A program made the position numbers and the translations under genes. Positions 22,850-37,065 of a DNA stretch of 64,000 bases are shown here, one piece after another; position 1 is the stretch's first letter, and the number at the start of each line of letters is the position of its first letter. A model generated the notes under the pieces. It worked only from the letters and a program-made list of their open reading frames with translations. It did not search any database and was not told the origin of the DNA. Origin of the DNA: Albugo candida. Lineage: Eukaryota. The stretch is from the NCBI GenBank assembly GCA_040437565.1, contig JBDOQK010000003.1, forward strand, positions 496,001 through 560,000, in the 5' to 3' direction.

Positions 22850-25049
22850 ATGACATCCAGCATCAGACTACATAGGCTTGAATCAAGCGACCGACTGAAT
22901 CTTGATAATTTTGATGATGGGAACCACACACTACCGATACTCACGAGCCCGCGGTCTATTGAGGTAACGAAGTTTGATCATTTCTTCACAAAGAAACTTA
23001 TGGTACGTCGTATAGGCATGCCGAATGCTCGGAGTCGAACCAGAAGAATTAATCAAGCGCCCAATGGACTATTTTATCGACAAGTATGGGGGTAGAGAGC
23101 GTTTCGAGCTAATCACGAAACGTTACCATCGATATGAGAGAATCAGATGCATTCTTCTATCTAATGTGCGTGAGCAGCGTGCAAGTATCATAGAAGCAGC
23201 ACTGGACGGTACCCATAGCCCCTTACTGACACGAGTCAAGTCCTTGGAACAAGTAGCTGCATCTGATGGATCTGTTTCGCCTTCCGAAAAACGTGATGTG
23301 GCAATCGACATTCTGATGAAAGAAAGGCAGCGTCTTGATCGGTTTGAACGCCAGCAAGCACAAGAAGTGGAACGCTTGTTGCAGTATGAGATAAATTTGT
23401 CTCGAGTACAACAAGAATTGGTCAGAAAAGAGGAGAGGCAGAAACGTGAAGAAGCTGCGCGGGCGAGGGATAAGATGCGTCGTCAGCGGGAGGCTGACGA
23501 AAAGAAACGACAAGTAGAATTGTCACGACCGGGAGAGCGCCGGCGAGAAATTGAGCTTGCGAGAAACAATGCACAAGAAAATCAAGGAGAGACACTTTGT
23601 CCCGACCAACCTACAAGACAGGATGAAGAATGGCGGCGACGAGATGCGAGTTTGAGGGCAGAATATTATCAATTGCAGCAACGCCAAGACATTGAGCGCA
23701 AACAAAAGGAGATGGTTGAACGAGATTCACAACGCCGTCATCTTATACAGACAAAACGTGAGCAAAAAGCTCAGGAAATCGCCGAGAAACAGAGACGAAA
23801 TAAAATGAGAATCATGCTGGTACTTAAGGAAAAGGAGGAGATACGAGCAGAACAACTGCGTGCTTTTGAACGCAAACAAGAAGAAAGTGAAGCACGAAGG
23901 CAAAAGTACAATGAAGAGTGTCAAGTACGAGAACAACAAAATCAAATCAGAGCTTTGCAAAAAAAAGAAGCGACCGAAGTGGTTCAACGACATCTCTATT
24001 ATTCTGCGCAACAATGTCGTGAACGATCAACGCAACTCAGTCATCAGGTCGATGAGCGATTACAGAGGAAAGAATTGGAGAAACACAAAGCGCGACTTTT
24101 TCACATACGAGAACAAACACGAAAGGCGCATAAAAGGAAGTTGGTACACCGGCAAAAAGAGGAACAGCTGCAACAGAAGCAAGCTAGCTTGATCCGCAAA
24201 GTAGAGGAGAAAGCAATGTCTACAAGATCAATGCAAGAACAGAAAAAAAAGAACTTAAAGTCCAGATATGAAGATGCTTTGCTACGAGATGAAGAACTCC
24301 AGGCGGCCCTTGCGAGACGCGAGAAAGCTGATGCATATCGTGTCTCATATCTATTGGAAAGAATAGCCATGGATGATGAAAAATCTCGGCGCGTGCGAGA
24401 CGAACGAAATAGCTTATTGCGTCGTCGTGAAGAAATCAAACGTGCTGCTGAAAAGGAAAAGCTTGGACTGGTGCAAGCTCTTCAGAAATTGAAGATCAGA
24501 AGAATGTCCCATGGTATGGCTTCACGATTACTTGATCAACTACAGAGCACAAAACTTTCGGGCATCGATATAACCTCCAGTTCAGCAGCGAAATATCGAA
24601 AACATTTTGATGACTGTCGAAAACATAAGACGGCTGATGGCAACGAACGTGTTCGTCCACGTTCAGCTTGCTCAACGTACACTACATCTTCTCCTTCCAC
24701 TTGGTCTGGCTCCATCCCTTTGAAGAAACTGAAAGAAGTGCAGAGTGATACTGACCCGGCTGAAGATCATCTACCGGATACAAAGGCCATGGATGACACG
24801 CTCAGAGACATCCAAAAACGGCAAAATCGAGAATTAATTGATATATTGGAGGAAGAGTATGAGGCAGAAATAGAACGTCAAAATATTCTTGATCAGCAAA
24901 CTGATTTGCCAGAGCGATTGCGCTTGGAAAATCAATTCAACGGGCAAAGAATGTTTGCTAGCGAGCGAATCAAGAAGCTGACACAAGAGCATGAGCACAT
25001 GCTACATGATTACATTCAATCTCGTCCAGTGGCCGCTTCGAATTCATAG
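22850..25049 (+). CDS. Long charged (E/R/K/Q) coiled-coil protein
   Basis: Exon 22850-22963 and intron 22964-23015 give LTSPRSIE|ACRMLGVEPEEL, then a 674-aa E/R/Q-rich ORF. Confidence 0.75.
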
Positions 25050-25096
25050 ATTTGTAGCATCAATAATTATCAAAATCTTGAGAATGAGTAGGATTT

Positions 25097-26869
25097 CTAT
25101 ATTTCATAATCCAAATGCCGAGCTACGATCTCAACCGATCCAGTAAGCTGATCAGGAAAGGTAGATCTCACAGCTTCATCGTTTTCCATTGGTACATCTT
25201 GTGACGTTTCTTCAACACATTTCTTTCTCGCAGCTTCCCGGACACAATTTGCAGTTATTTCAGAAAGTTCATTCATTGAAATCTTTCTCAGCGAGTCCAC
25301 AAGACTGGCTTCTTCCTGATCCTTTCCGCTTAGTGCACCAATTTTTTTGGGAGTGCTTTCACATCGAGGCGTTAGAGGACAGAACTCATTCATCATGCCA
25401 GTCTTGCGACGTGTAGTCAGCTGAACGCACGTTTCTCTTTTAGCCAAGTCGTTGCTGGCTCTGAGATTAACAACTGATTCTTGCAGTTCTTTCATTACGC
25501 TTTGAGTACACGCAACATAACGCCGGAGATCGTCGATGGTTGTCCCTTGTGATGTCATCTCTGCTATATCGACAACTCGTTCGAAATTGATATGTTGCAA
25601 GTGATTTTGGGCGCCAGCAATGAAGATTCTGGAGTCCCGTACTACGTCCAGGAGATCTACTTTTCGACCAGCTTTGCGCATACTATTTTCTCCTTGCATG
25701 AAAGATCCATCTAGTCGCGGTCGACTATCAGCGTACTGCATCGCCGTTTCTATGATTTTATGATTAGCCTTAGTCTGGTCCGTCTCGGAAAATCTTTTGA
25801 TTGCATCCCATCCGTGTTGTATTGTCAGCATCGAAGCTTTTCGTTCAGCTTCATCCAAAGAAGTGAGAATGCTGCGTTGTGAGGATGCTGACGAGTTTGT
25901 TTGAACTTCCTCCAAACTACGCTACGATACATGTACTGGTCAGTGAATACTATGATAAGCATAATGAGATGCTCACCTGCAGATGACTGAGCTCCTGTAT
26001 CTGATTTGTTAATATCCGTGCGAAAGAAGCCCACTGTTCTTGCATAGCGATTCGTTCAGCACATTTCTTCTTGAATGTTTGTGTTTTAAAGACAATCATA
26101 TTCTTAAGTAGAAATCCATTTTAGTAACAGAATCATGCAGCCTAATGACCATGATAGAGTAAACCCACTTGCGTCGCTGCAATGATCTCAGACGATCCTT
26201 TCAATCCTCTCAAGCTCGACTTATCCCAGTCGCCGGGTGCTTTCACATAAGAATAGGCTTCAAAGTCATTCTTGAGCTTATTCTTCACAATGTATGTACT
26301 CAACCGCCATATTAGATCAATAACCCTGACTTCTATTCAATTGAGAAAACTTGAATACTGTTTTTGCGCTCCTTACCCACCTTGGCCCATGGCCTGCTGC
26401 GATGCGCGATACCTGACTAGACCCAATCGGCAGGTCTCCTTGTCTTTCCAACTCTTGGAGTATGATCTAAAATTAGGCTTAGTAATGAGAATGTCCTAAT
26501 CAACAATAACTTAAAGTACCTGAGCTTTTCTTTTGAAGGTAGACTTATCTAGTAAAGTTACAAAAGGCCAGCAGTATCGTATCTCCTACTCCCAATGGCT
26601 TTCTTTAGTCCGAAGTTACTGTCAGATAAATATTACATCACCTCTTTCTGGTCGGACGGAGTGTGAAGGAGGAGAAGATAGAGTATGCTTAATAGCATCC
26701 GTTCATTCGGCTGATTGAACATTCCAGGCACTAGCTTGGAGATGTTTGATGTCAATTTTTTTGACGCATCGTTCTTTTTTTGTGCCACTGGTATCAATTC
26801 ATTCTCTATGCCAAGCAATTTCAGATTTTGGATCATCAGGTGCTCCTTTCTCCATTGCGCAGGCAGCAT
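25097..26869 (-). CDS. HAUS6: HAUS augmin-like complex subunit 6-like (multi-exon)
   Basis: N-terminal NLKLLG...GMFNQPNERMLLSILYLL and downstream WPFVTLLDKSTFKRK resemble the HAUS6 N-terminal domain; long C-terminal exon 25097-25915. Confidence 0.55.
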
Positions 26870-26940
26870 ATTTCGAATTACACTAATATGCTCGAGTACA
26901 AGCCCCTATGTTGAAGTAGCTTTTGCCACTTACTTTGGCG

Positions 26941-28604
26941 ATGAGCAATGGACTAAAAAGATCTAGATCGTACAACAAGATTGATTATAGAGAAAAAAAG
27001 AGACATTGCAAAGTACATGTAAGCATTATCTCTCGTATATGATGAAATGATCTGAGAAGCTATCACGCAGAAGCTTGAAAGCAGTTTGGCTGAGCACCAC
27101 TTGTGTGATGCACTTGATGAAAACTTTGCGCTCAATAAGCGACTGGATGCGGCAAGCAAAATGTGGCAGATAATTAAAACATGCGATGAGGGTTACTTAG
27201 TAGCGATGATCGAGAGAAAGAACTCGCTCTTTATGAGACTAGGACAAGCTATTTTATTCACAGGATATGTTCCGCTTCAGCTTTTGTGCTTTATGATTTT
27301 GGCTGGTATCATTAGTAAAGTCAAGAAAGATCCTCTTGGATCGATCACAGTGGAGCGATTAAGACAAAACATGATGAATACTCCACTACTCCAGACAATC
27401 CCTTGGAATTACACCATTGATTGGGTACGTTCAACTCCGATTTTCATCTAGTCATCAAGTTTATTTCGCAGAAAAACCCTGCGCTTTGTCGGGAAAAACT
27501 TCAATGGATTAATATGCATACCAAAGCTTGCGTTTCTTTTAAGATAAAGAAGTGCTGGATATCATTTGGATCAGAAAAAGATTTGGTTTGTGGCTTTAAG
27601 CAAATTGAAGTAATCAATCGTGCGCTGATATTAGCATGCAGAAAGAAACTCCTGTTCAGCCGATGCTAGATTTTGGAAGCACGATCGCAAGTTTTTATCG
27701 CACGCAATCAACAGGCAATACTATTGTGACCAACATACCTTATTCCTGCATGCACTCTATTGATTTCACAGAAGTCACACGGATGGTTTATATCCGAACA
27801 ACAGTAGTGGCAGGACTGGATGGAGCTTCGCTAATAGCTTTTCTGATCAGACGAGAGGTAATTATAGTTGTATGCAAGCATGCATGACCGAGACGTCTCA
27901 TGTGTTTCCCTTCACTTAGCACTTTGCCCCTCTCCGGGGGGCCTTACAAGACAAATTCGGCGAGAGAGTTCAAGCGCACGAGATCATCCAAGTAATAATT
28001 GACACAATCCAATATGTAAAAAAACATTGCAATCATGCTTCTTTTTTACTAGACAAAGCAATTTACAAACATTGAAGATCTCAGCTTCCAAAATAAGGGC
28101 AAAGTCGTCACAAAAATCGTTGACTCACCAGAAGCCCCATCTTCCAGGCGTAAGACGCCAACCGAAATATTTGGTCAGATGGAGCAAGGCCTCTGTCATT
28201 TACAAAAAAAGTACAGAGACATCACAATCGACCAGATTGTTCAGGGAACGATTAAAACAAAAGTGGCAGGCCTTGAAGATACAGTTCACAAAATGAGTCG
28301 CATGCTCCTGGCTCGCAGAGAGAAAATTCAAGCCAACGAATATATGCTGAATTTACGAAGGGATAGAATCCGAAAATGCATACTTTTCGATGTACCTCAA
28401 GCCGATATTGAAACAGCTATCATTGCTAGCAACATCAAAGAGTGTTGTGAGAATCTTTCCAAGTGGACGCTAGAAGCACTCGGTAATTCCCATAAGAATG
28501 GCGCCTTTCAAACGAGCACATATATGCATGGGTCATTACCAGCAGTCATCCTGGTCCTAGCGGTCATTCCAGTCTTCATGTTGTTCCATTTGCGGTATCC
28601 TTAA
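26941..28604 (+). CDS. Hypothetical multi-exon protein with possible C-terminal hydrophobic tail
   Basis: Chain of + ORFs (27086-27451, 28179-28604) with GT..AG-bounded gaps; ATG 26941. No family recognised. Confidence 0.5.
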
Positions 28605-28776
28605 GTCTCCATACTTAACGAGATGTCGTGCTATAAATGANNNNNNNNNNNNNNNNNNNNNNNNNNNNNNNNNNNNNNNNNNNNNNNNNNNNNNNNNNNN
28701 NNNNNNNNNNNNNNNNNNNNNNNNNNNNNNNNNNNNNNNNGTCTCCATACTTAACGAGATGTCGTGCTATAAATGA
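28605..28776. repeat. 36-bp exact duplication flanking N gap 28641-28740
   Basis: 28605-28640 equals 28741-28776 (GTCTCCATAC...TATAAATGA). Confidence 0.95.
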
Positions 28777-28847
28777 TTTAGGCAAGGTCCAGTGACCCTT
28801 CATGTGACACCATTTAATAAAGTGATCACGCTTAGTGCATTACGGTC

Positions 28848-28861
28848 TCATTTGCCAATTG
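28848..28861 (+). promoter_or_regulatory. INR+FPR-like core promoter element
   Basis: TCATTTGCCAATTG immediately upstream of calpain ATG 28867. Confidence 0.4.
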
Positions 28862-28866
28862 TCTTG

Positions 28867-31800
28867 ATGAATTTCAGCGAGTTGGAGCACAAATTAAAAA
28901 AATTAGGCATCACAGTTACGACAGGATCACAGGAAACTATAGTTTCAGTCAAAATCGGTGGCTTGGTTGGCAAAAAGCTCGCTCAGGGGATCCAACTTGC
29001 GGATCGATTCTTCGAGGAAAAAGTCAGCAAGATTCTGCATAGGATTTCGGACATAGATCTCTTTGTCGATCCTGCATTTGGCCCAAATCCTAGTGATCAC
29101 AATGGGATCGTTGCGCTCTGTGATCCTGATCAACCGTGTCCAACGAAAGGACTCTTGCAAAATCAGGCAAACGTACGCTCACTTCTCAAATCCGATAAGC
29201 TGAGATGGGAGCGTCCAAAGTACGCTTCACCTGAAGCAGTAGCAGAGTACTGTAAGCATCAACATCGCTCTTGAATTTCTGCTAAACTACTCGCATTATA
29301 GCGATCTGGATCCAGAAGAGGATTCTACTGAATTATCGAACCTCAGATTCGCAAACAACGCGACGCTATTTCGCAATGGTTCGTCGGCTGGTGATGTGAT
29401 ACAGGGCAATCTCGGAGATTGCTGGTTCCTGAGTACGAACTCTTGCTTCAAATAGTATGATTCTACTTAGACGAGGACATTATTTTTTCTCTGCTCAGGT
29501 GCTTTGAGCGTAGTAGCTACCCGATTCGACCTTTTACAGCAGATTTTCTGGCGTGGCGACAAGTTTCGGATGAAAGGCCTATATGTCTGTAGATTTATGA
29601 AGGTACACAACTCTTATGACATGGATCAAATCAGTATTTACAAATATTGATGCGTATAGAATTTTGTATGGCATTATGTCATCATCGATGACCAGATTCC
29701 TGTTTTTGGATACTCAAAGTCAAGAGAAGGAAAACCATATTATGCGCGTTGTCGTGATCGAAATGAAATATGGTATGCACAGCGTGAATGACACATTCGA
29801 ATGAAACTGATATAATAATGCCAGGGTATCTCTTATCGAAAAAGCTTATGCGAAATTACACGGAAGCTATGCAGCACTGATTGGGGGATTTGCTGATGTT
29901 GCACTTGGCGATCTAACCGGAATGTGCTCGGAGCAAGTGGTTTTACGAGATGGGTATCCGGGTTTCGTCAAATATCCTCCGATATCGTCTGATGTTGTAG
30001 CCGGTCGTCCAGACTCATTTTGGGACAAGATTATACGATACAAGAATTCTGGGAGTCTATTGGGATGCTCCATTCAGCCGAATATCTCGCGGAGCCCGAA
30101 TGCTGCACCCGAAACGATTGCAGGAAACGGACTTTACTACAAACATGCTTACGCAATAGTGGATGCTGGACTATTTCACTCTGTTAGAGGAGAATCGGTT
30201 CGGCTAATACGGCTTCGAAATCCGTGGGGAATGGGAGAATGGGTAAGTTATATATGAGAAGCCAAAGGTAACCCGCATTGATCCGACTTATCTTCAGACA
30301 GGACCTTGGTCAGATTCCAGCGAAGAGCGTATCCTCAACCAGGATTTATTGAAGAAGTTCTTCAACGTGATCAAGCGAAAGGTTGGCGGAAATTTATACA
30401 AACGGATTTTTCTGCAGCTTGATGGGCGGGGGAATTTGGACATTGAAGAGATTTGTCATGAGGAGGCAGTGGAGCTTGATCCTTGCGATGGAACTTTTTT
30501 CATGTCTTTCGAAGCTTGGTCGGAGTACTTTACACATTTTTTCGCTGGAGTTGGTACGAAGTATTGATCCGAGTCGAGAATATTGACCCAACTGACCAAA
30601 ATCATCTGTGATGCTGTAGACTTTCCTGACGAATGGTCCGGTCGTCGTGTTCAAGGATGCTGGAGCGAGATGAGTTGCGGTGGAAATCATCAAACAAGTA
30701 CCTGGAATAGAAATCCACGATATGATTTCTCGCTTCGCAAAAAAAGTCATGTCTTTATATCGCTTTGTCAAGAAGATCCACGAGGAAAAAGAGATTTGAA
30801 GCTCGTTCCAATAGCTTTTCATGTCTGTTCTTCAACAAAGGAAAAAGATGGTATACCGTGGACTGAGCATCCAAAGCCAAACAGGGATAATGCTCATCGC
30901 AGTCGATCTATACAGGAAAACTATAAAATAGTGTATCAGACGGGTACGGCAGACTACTCTGTGCCACCTGCGGTGATTCCAGGAACCGTTATACAAGGGG
31001 TGAATAGTTATGGAACCCCGCAGCCTGCATATGTCTACAAGCAAAATGTGTCCGTAGAGACAGAAATGCTACCGGGAAACTATTGTATCGTGCCAAGCGT
31101 TTACATGCGCATGGTAAGTTATGAGTGATGGCGGCAAGAGTAGATTAATCGAATCATTTTTTAGTGTCAAGAAACTGGAAAGATAAATGCCGGTAATTTC
31201 TGGATATCGGTCTATTGCGATGATCCTGGCTTTGAACTCGAAGAAGGGTACACAATCGCAGAAGAAGAAGAACGTGGAACGACCGAAAAGAGTGAGATAC
31301 GAAAGGGGACAATTTTGGTCTGTGATCTAGGAACATGTGGAATGAAGCCAGCGTTTTCGGCAACTAAAGCTACGTCTTCGAATTTATCTATCAGCAACTC
31401 AAGAAAGATTACGAACGCAATAAATGATGCAGGGAGACTTATCTTGAACGAAGCTCGATCGAAGGGTATACGACCACAAGACATAAAACGAGAGTTTGGC
31501 AAGGCAAAGACTTTGAAGAGAGAAGCCTGCAGGAGAAAGTTCAAGGCTTTGGGACTCATTCCAAATGGCGTACCTGAAGCAACAATTGATCGTTTTTTCG
31601 GTGATCTGGATGTGTCACCCCCTGCCGGAGTAGTATCCTACGAGAAGCTGCATCAAACTTTCGTGGTAGAGCTTAAGGAAGATGAACTTCTTGATGACAC
31701 ACCCGATCTCGAAACCGAAACGCTTGGAGAAAGACTCTACCAGGACGGAATCCTGACTGTAGAAATACATTCCGCCAAAGATCTGCTCGTGAGTTCTCAG

Positions 31801-34800
31801 CATGAAAGGACATTTCGGGGACAGAGTTGTGTCCCAACCACCAACATTGCTTATCATCCTGAAGAAGCAGCTGCTCGTGCCGAGATAGTCAAGTGCATAA
31901 TCAGTGCCAATCCTCAGCTGAAGATACTGCTGAAACCGCTTTTGGTGGCTAACGGATGGTGCTCCGAAAGTTTGTTGGCTGAGTACAATATGAATTCCCG
32001 CATTCATACAAGAAGCCCGAGATATACGAAAGACGAAGGTAATCCTGTTTCAAAGCTCTACAAGCTATTGAATGCTCAGTATGAGCTCGATAAATTGGAA
32101 AAACAGAATTTAAACAAAGCTCAAGATGACTATTCAAGCGATCTCGAATATGATATGGAAGTGGTGGAGAAACAATTGCAGGCAGACTCGAAGGAAGCGC
32201 GTGTAAATCACAATGAAAGGTGGAATTCAATACACGTATCAAATCGCTTAATAAAAATGGAAGAGAAGCGTAGTGAGAGATTCAAAACCTTACAAAAGCG
32301 GCGCCGATCGCTTTTGGGAGACAGAAAAAAGATGATGACGCTTCCACGACTTATAGGAGGAAATCTAGGCGAACTTGATTCTCCAACTTGCATCGATTGC
32401 AATTGTCAACTCACAACAGAATCACCAAGTTGCTCTGGAACGAATTGCACCAATAGGTTCTGCTCAGCTTGCCTGGCTCTTTTACCTCCTGATCGTCCAT
32501 TGTGCGACGATTGCTTTCTGAATGAAAGCGTTGACATGCCGACTTTGGGTACTGAAGTACGTTCTTTACTTTTCAACAAACTTTGTCACAGCGATAATAG
32601 TGTGGAAAGATTGGAAGTGCTTTTCAGATCATTTGATTACGATAAATCAGGTGGAATAACTTACGATGAGTTCTCTAATACTTTGAGTGAGTTATTATTA
32701 CCCCCGTTGACTGATGCTCAGACAGGGAACATCTTCCAGCAATTCGACACCAACGCTGATGGCAATATAGATGGGGAGGAGTTTAGAAAATGGATCCTGG
32801 GGGATCAAGTTTGGTCACCTACAGTGGAAGAACAAATGCTCGAACACATCACCGATGGTAGTGATACTGATGAGGTGACAAACTCGATTATTGAAGCTTT
32901 GATCGCACGTGCGTTTGAGGCCATGATGCTTGCAACAACATCAACCGAGTATACAATAATTGAGTCTAGCCCCACCAGAGCTGATCAGAATATCATCTTG
33001 AACTCTCAGTTTTCGCGAGTAGATAATATTCTCTCATCAAAACAACTCGTCTTTTTGAGAGTTGTGAGTTTTCATAAGCACTCATTCAGCAAGAAGAAAA
33101 AGTCTTTAGGATTACAGGCTGCAGTTTTACAGAATGAATATGCACAGCCGGAGGCAACCAAAGGAGAATGCTGGAAGAGCACACATCTGATCGACAAAAT
33201 GATTAAGCTAAAGCAGCATTATAGTAAGATTGCGAGCAGCAGCTGCCGATCGAGACTGGATATCCTAATCATGGACCTAAGAAAAGGATTGAGTGATAAC
33301 GAGAAGAGCGCATGGGCTAACAAGCTTCATACATTAAGCGGTATTTGTTTTGACACACGAGATATGCAGCGGATGATAAGTTTACTTGAAAATGCACTTC
33401 CACGCCCCCAATTTGACGAACACCTCAGCTCAAAGCAGACTTCCATCACAGATGATGACCAGAAGGATCATTTTTTGGATTTTTTATATGAGCCTGGTGA
33501 CTTACTTGCTCGCTACCTAATTGATGAAACAACACAAACTCCGGACATTTTGGAAATCGCAAAAGGAAACACAATCTTTCACGAGTTATCTTTGTTCTTC
33601 AAGCATGTTGACAGTTTTGCTGATTGTCAGTCTATCTGGAAATATGTATTTGGCCTTGAACGAGACCAAGGTATAGAACAACGTCTCTTTATTGATACAA
33701 TCACCAAGCAAGGATTCCACATATCAGCGGAAAGCCATGATGTCACTGCTTTAAAACACAAAGATCACTTGTCAAGTATAACAACAAGATTGATTATAGC
33801 TTTTGCCATTGACAGGATTTCAGCGGAGCGAGACGATGGGAATATGACTGATGAAAGGCCGAAATCGCGTTTAGATTTTTTAGTGTTTACCGACATGATT
33901 CAAACTTTCGATACTGAAGCCGAGGATTCAACCCACAATGCGCTTTTAAAACGTCCTTGTTCCGATGAAGGATTTGAAACATTTCTGGTGGCAATTGAGC
34001 TGGCCAAAGGCTCAGGTAAAGGAATTATGGAAAATCACTTGAGCATTTGTATTATCGATCCCATGCTGAAACTTGAAATGCGGTTAGCAATTACGAGTGG
34101 CGATGGTATAACTAACATTGTATCGTTTCTCGAGGATTCCATCTGTATGCATGGTGGACTCATCACACAGTCTACAAGTCGACAATTAGATTCATATTTG
34201 TGTGCATTATTGCACCGACTATCACTCCAACCATTCGAAAGAAAACTTAGCTCAAACCCATGGAAGACACCTTTGTATCGCCTTACAATGGATGAGAAGA
34301 AAACGTTCGTTGACATCCTCCAAAGTCTTCTTGTAGAGGCTGACCCACCATTTTTCTGGTCCCTTACAGCTCAGTTTTTGACTTTCTTCATCCCCCATGA
34401 TTCTCTGGTACAAGATGAACCCAGAGCATCACCTTTTCATCGATTTGTTGTCGATTCATTAGCCACTTCGACAAAGTCCACAGCACTTCTTTTGTTTCTG
34501 AGAACTTCTCTTTCTTCATTACGAGTTTGTTTCCAGCTTGTAGGAACTTCTTCTGATACTTTTACGTGTTCGTGGAGCGACTTTCAAAATCAACTCATTG
34601 GTAACCACGATTTTTACGCAACGATACAATTACATCCACACGGACAGCTGCATCGAACTCAAGTTTATCATTCAGATAATGCAAATGCAATCTGGAATAG
34701 CAAATGTACAATGATAATTCAGCAACCCGAGGTTGCCACTGAGCGCATTGACATGCCGATAGTTTATTCAGACACAATACGAATCTCAGCAGCCCCAAGT

Positions 34801-36738
34801 CAAACGCATACTGAGAATATATCTTTTTTGCGTTCTGAGGACGTAGAAACGGGATATTATCTCATTGTGCACGTTCGAAAGGCTATCCCGCTGAAACGAG
34901 GAGAAGAAAGCCGATTATACTGCACTGCATATGATCCTACAACTTCAAGCGATTATGCAGTAACAGGATATCCTGAAGATTGGCCTGTGAATTTTTTTGA
35001 TCCAAACGAAAATCCTGATTTTGAAGAATCTTGGCGAGCAATGATTTTAGGCCTGGAGCTGGATGTCCCGCTCACACCTCAACTGATTTGTAAGGTTTAT
35101 AATCGGCAGAAAAAAACAGAGACTTTACTTGGAGAGCGTCGAATTTCGGCTGCATCAGCGCTATCTCGGGAAGGTTTTCTTGTAGAAGAATGCTTCACTT
35201 TAATACATCCCAAAAACGAAAAGCTTTCAGTTGGAATGGTCAATCTCTCGTTCCGCTTCGATTTGAATGAAAACGAAGTTGCAACCATACGATCAGATAC
35301 ACTGCCCATCGTTCCAGAAAAGGTTGCCGAGAATGAAGTTGAGGATTTCAGCTCTCAAATCATAAAGACGAAACCAAAATCTAGCGATTGGCCTCGCGTA
35401 CATACAGACCGGTGCTTGGAGGAGCTAGAAAATGAATTAATTGTTGCCGAAAACGCCAAAGAAAACGCGATCCGTGATGCCGATGCTTTACGATTGCAAC
35501 TGCAAAGCTTGCAAAGGTTTGAAGAAAAGGGTATTACTAGGGCCACGAGATGGAAAGAGAAACATGAAGAAACTCGGAAAAAGCTACAGTCGATGCAGCA
35601 AGAATATGAAGAACGGTAGTGCTCAGCTCAGGCTCTTTAGTTCGGATTCTTATCTTACAAAGTGCTTTGCTGTCGACAGAATATATACTCTCCAGCAGCA
35701 GGTTGAGGCATACAAGGATGTCGATGATACACAACAACAAAGAAGAAATAGAATCGAGGACGTCAAACAAGAGACGGCCAAAGAAGATATTGGAAGGAAT
35801 CTACTCATGCTGATAAGAGACACACTTTATCGTCGATGTCAAGATCGCCCATTCAATGGCTTGAAGAAAGCCTTCACGGCAGTGACAGAATCACCAGGGA
35901 AGGTACATTATACCCAACTAAGAGGGGATAGTCACTGACTGTTTCTTTTATCAAGATTTCGTTGGATGCATTCCACGAAGTTCTTAGCGACTTTGGCTTC
36001 CAATTCACGGAGACTGAACAATCAGAACTGACAACACTTCTGAAACCCGACTCGCGAGATCGAATTAATATTGAAGGTTTGATTCTGAAGATTGTTTTTA
36101 TTCGCAGTCGGTGTCATCGATGAAAATTTTGCAGAGTTTTTCATCAGACTGAATGGAAGTAATGGAAAATCTGCGATTCCTGAAGTACATGAATCAAATA
36201 GAAATAAAAGCATGAAGCTTGACTGGGTTGACGAACCAATGGTGGAAAAACCCAGTAAAACAGCATATGCGCAAGAGAGCAAAACCAGTCTCGAAGAGAG
36301 TCTTGACTATGGCTTGCGAGACAGACGTTCTAGCATCAATCAGGTACGATGATACGTTGAAAAACTAAAATCTTCTTCTGATGAGTCGACTTGTTCAAGC
36401 CTACTAGAAGATCTCAAATTTCAGACAGAATAGCGACCAAACCATTCGGTTCACGCAAATCGCAAGCTCGATCGTGGAAAGAGTTCAAACAAATGATGAT
36501 ATTACGCTTACCCGATGGCTGGGATATGCGAATCAGTGACAAAGGGCGTCCTTACTTCTGTGATCATCTCAACAGGTGTTCTTATTAATCGCTGCAGCTT
36601 TTGAAAACTTTCTTATTGTCTCTGCGCCTCTATTTCAGATCAACGCAATGGAGTCATCCTCGACCGGAAGTCGATTCGGAATATCGAAAATGGCTCGACA
36701 CAACAAAGTTCAACTTTCTCAACGCAACAGATGGGTGA
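28867..36738 (+). CDS. Giant calpain-family cysteine protease with domain III, EF-hands, C2-like segments, Cys-rich finger, coiled coil and WW domain
   Basis: FVDPAFGP; QGNLGDCWFL (about 29402); EKAYAKLHGSY; HAYAIV; RLRNPWG; GGNHQTSTWNRNPRY; EF-hands DYDKSGGITYDE and DTNADGNIDGEE; WW LPDGWDMRISDKGRPYFCDHLN|RSTQWSHP. Successive ORFs are joined by short GT-AG introns. Confidence 0.85.
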
Positions 36739-37065
36739 GTCATTACATAAATGGAATTATCAAGAAGTGATGATGTTCGTAACTTTATACTCGGAGACTT
36801 GTCGAAGGAAAGTTCTAAACGTGTGCCCGTTGTGGTGGCTAGAATATTAAGTGAATCAGCATGCTTATGAAAATAACGATAAATTCGCAATGCTCAAGAG
36901 TTCTGTTCACGTTTTATCGGCGTGCTCAAAATAGAACGCATAAAGAGACTTGATAGTCTCTGATCTCCAGCGAGGTGATTTGCCAGTGCAATGTGAAACT
37001 GGGCGAGACCTATTGCAGAAAAGTACATTAAGCTAGAGTCTCCTGAGTCGAGAATAATCAAATTC

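Noticed and set aside
28605-28776. 36-bp direct repeat resembling a CRISPR repeat
   Set aside because: Only two copies separated by Ns, eukaryotic context and no cas genes.
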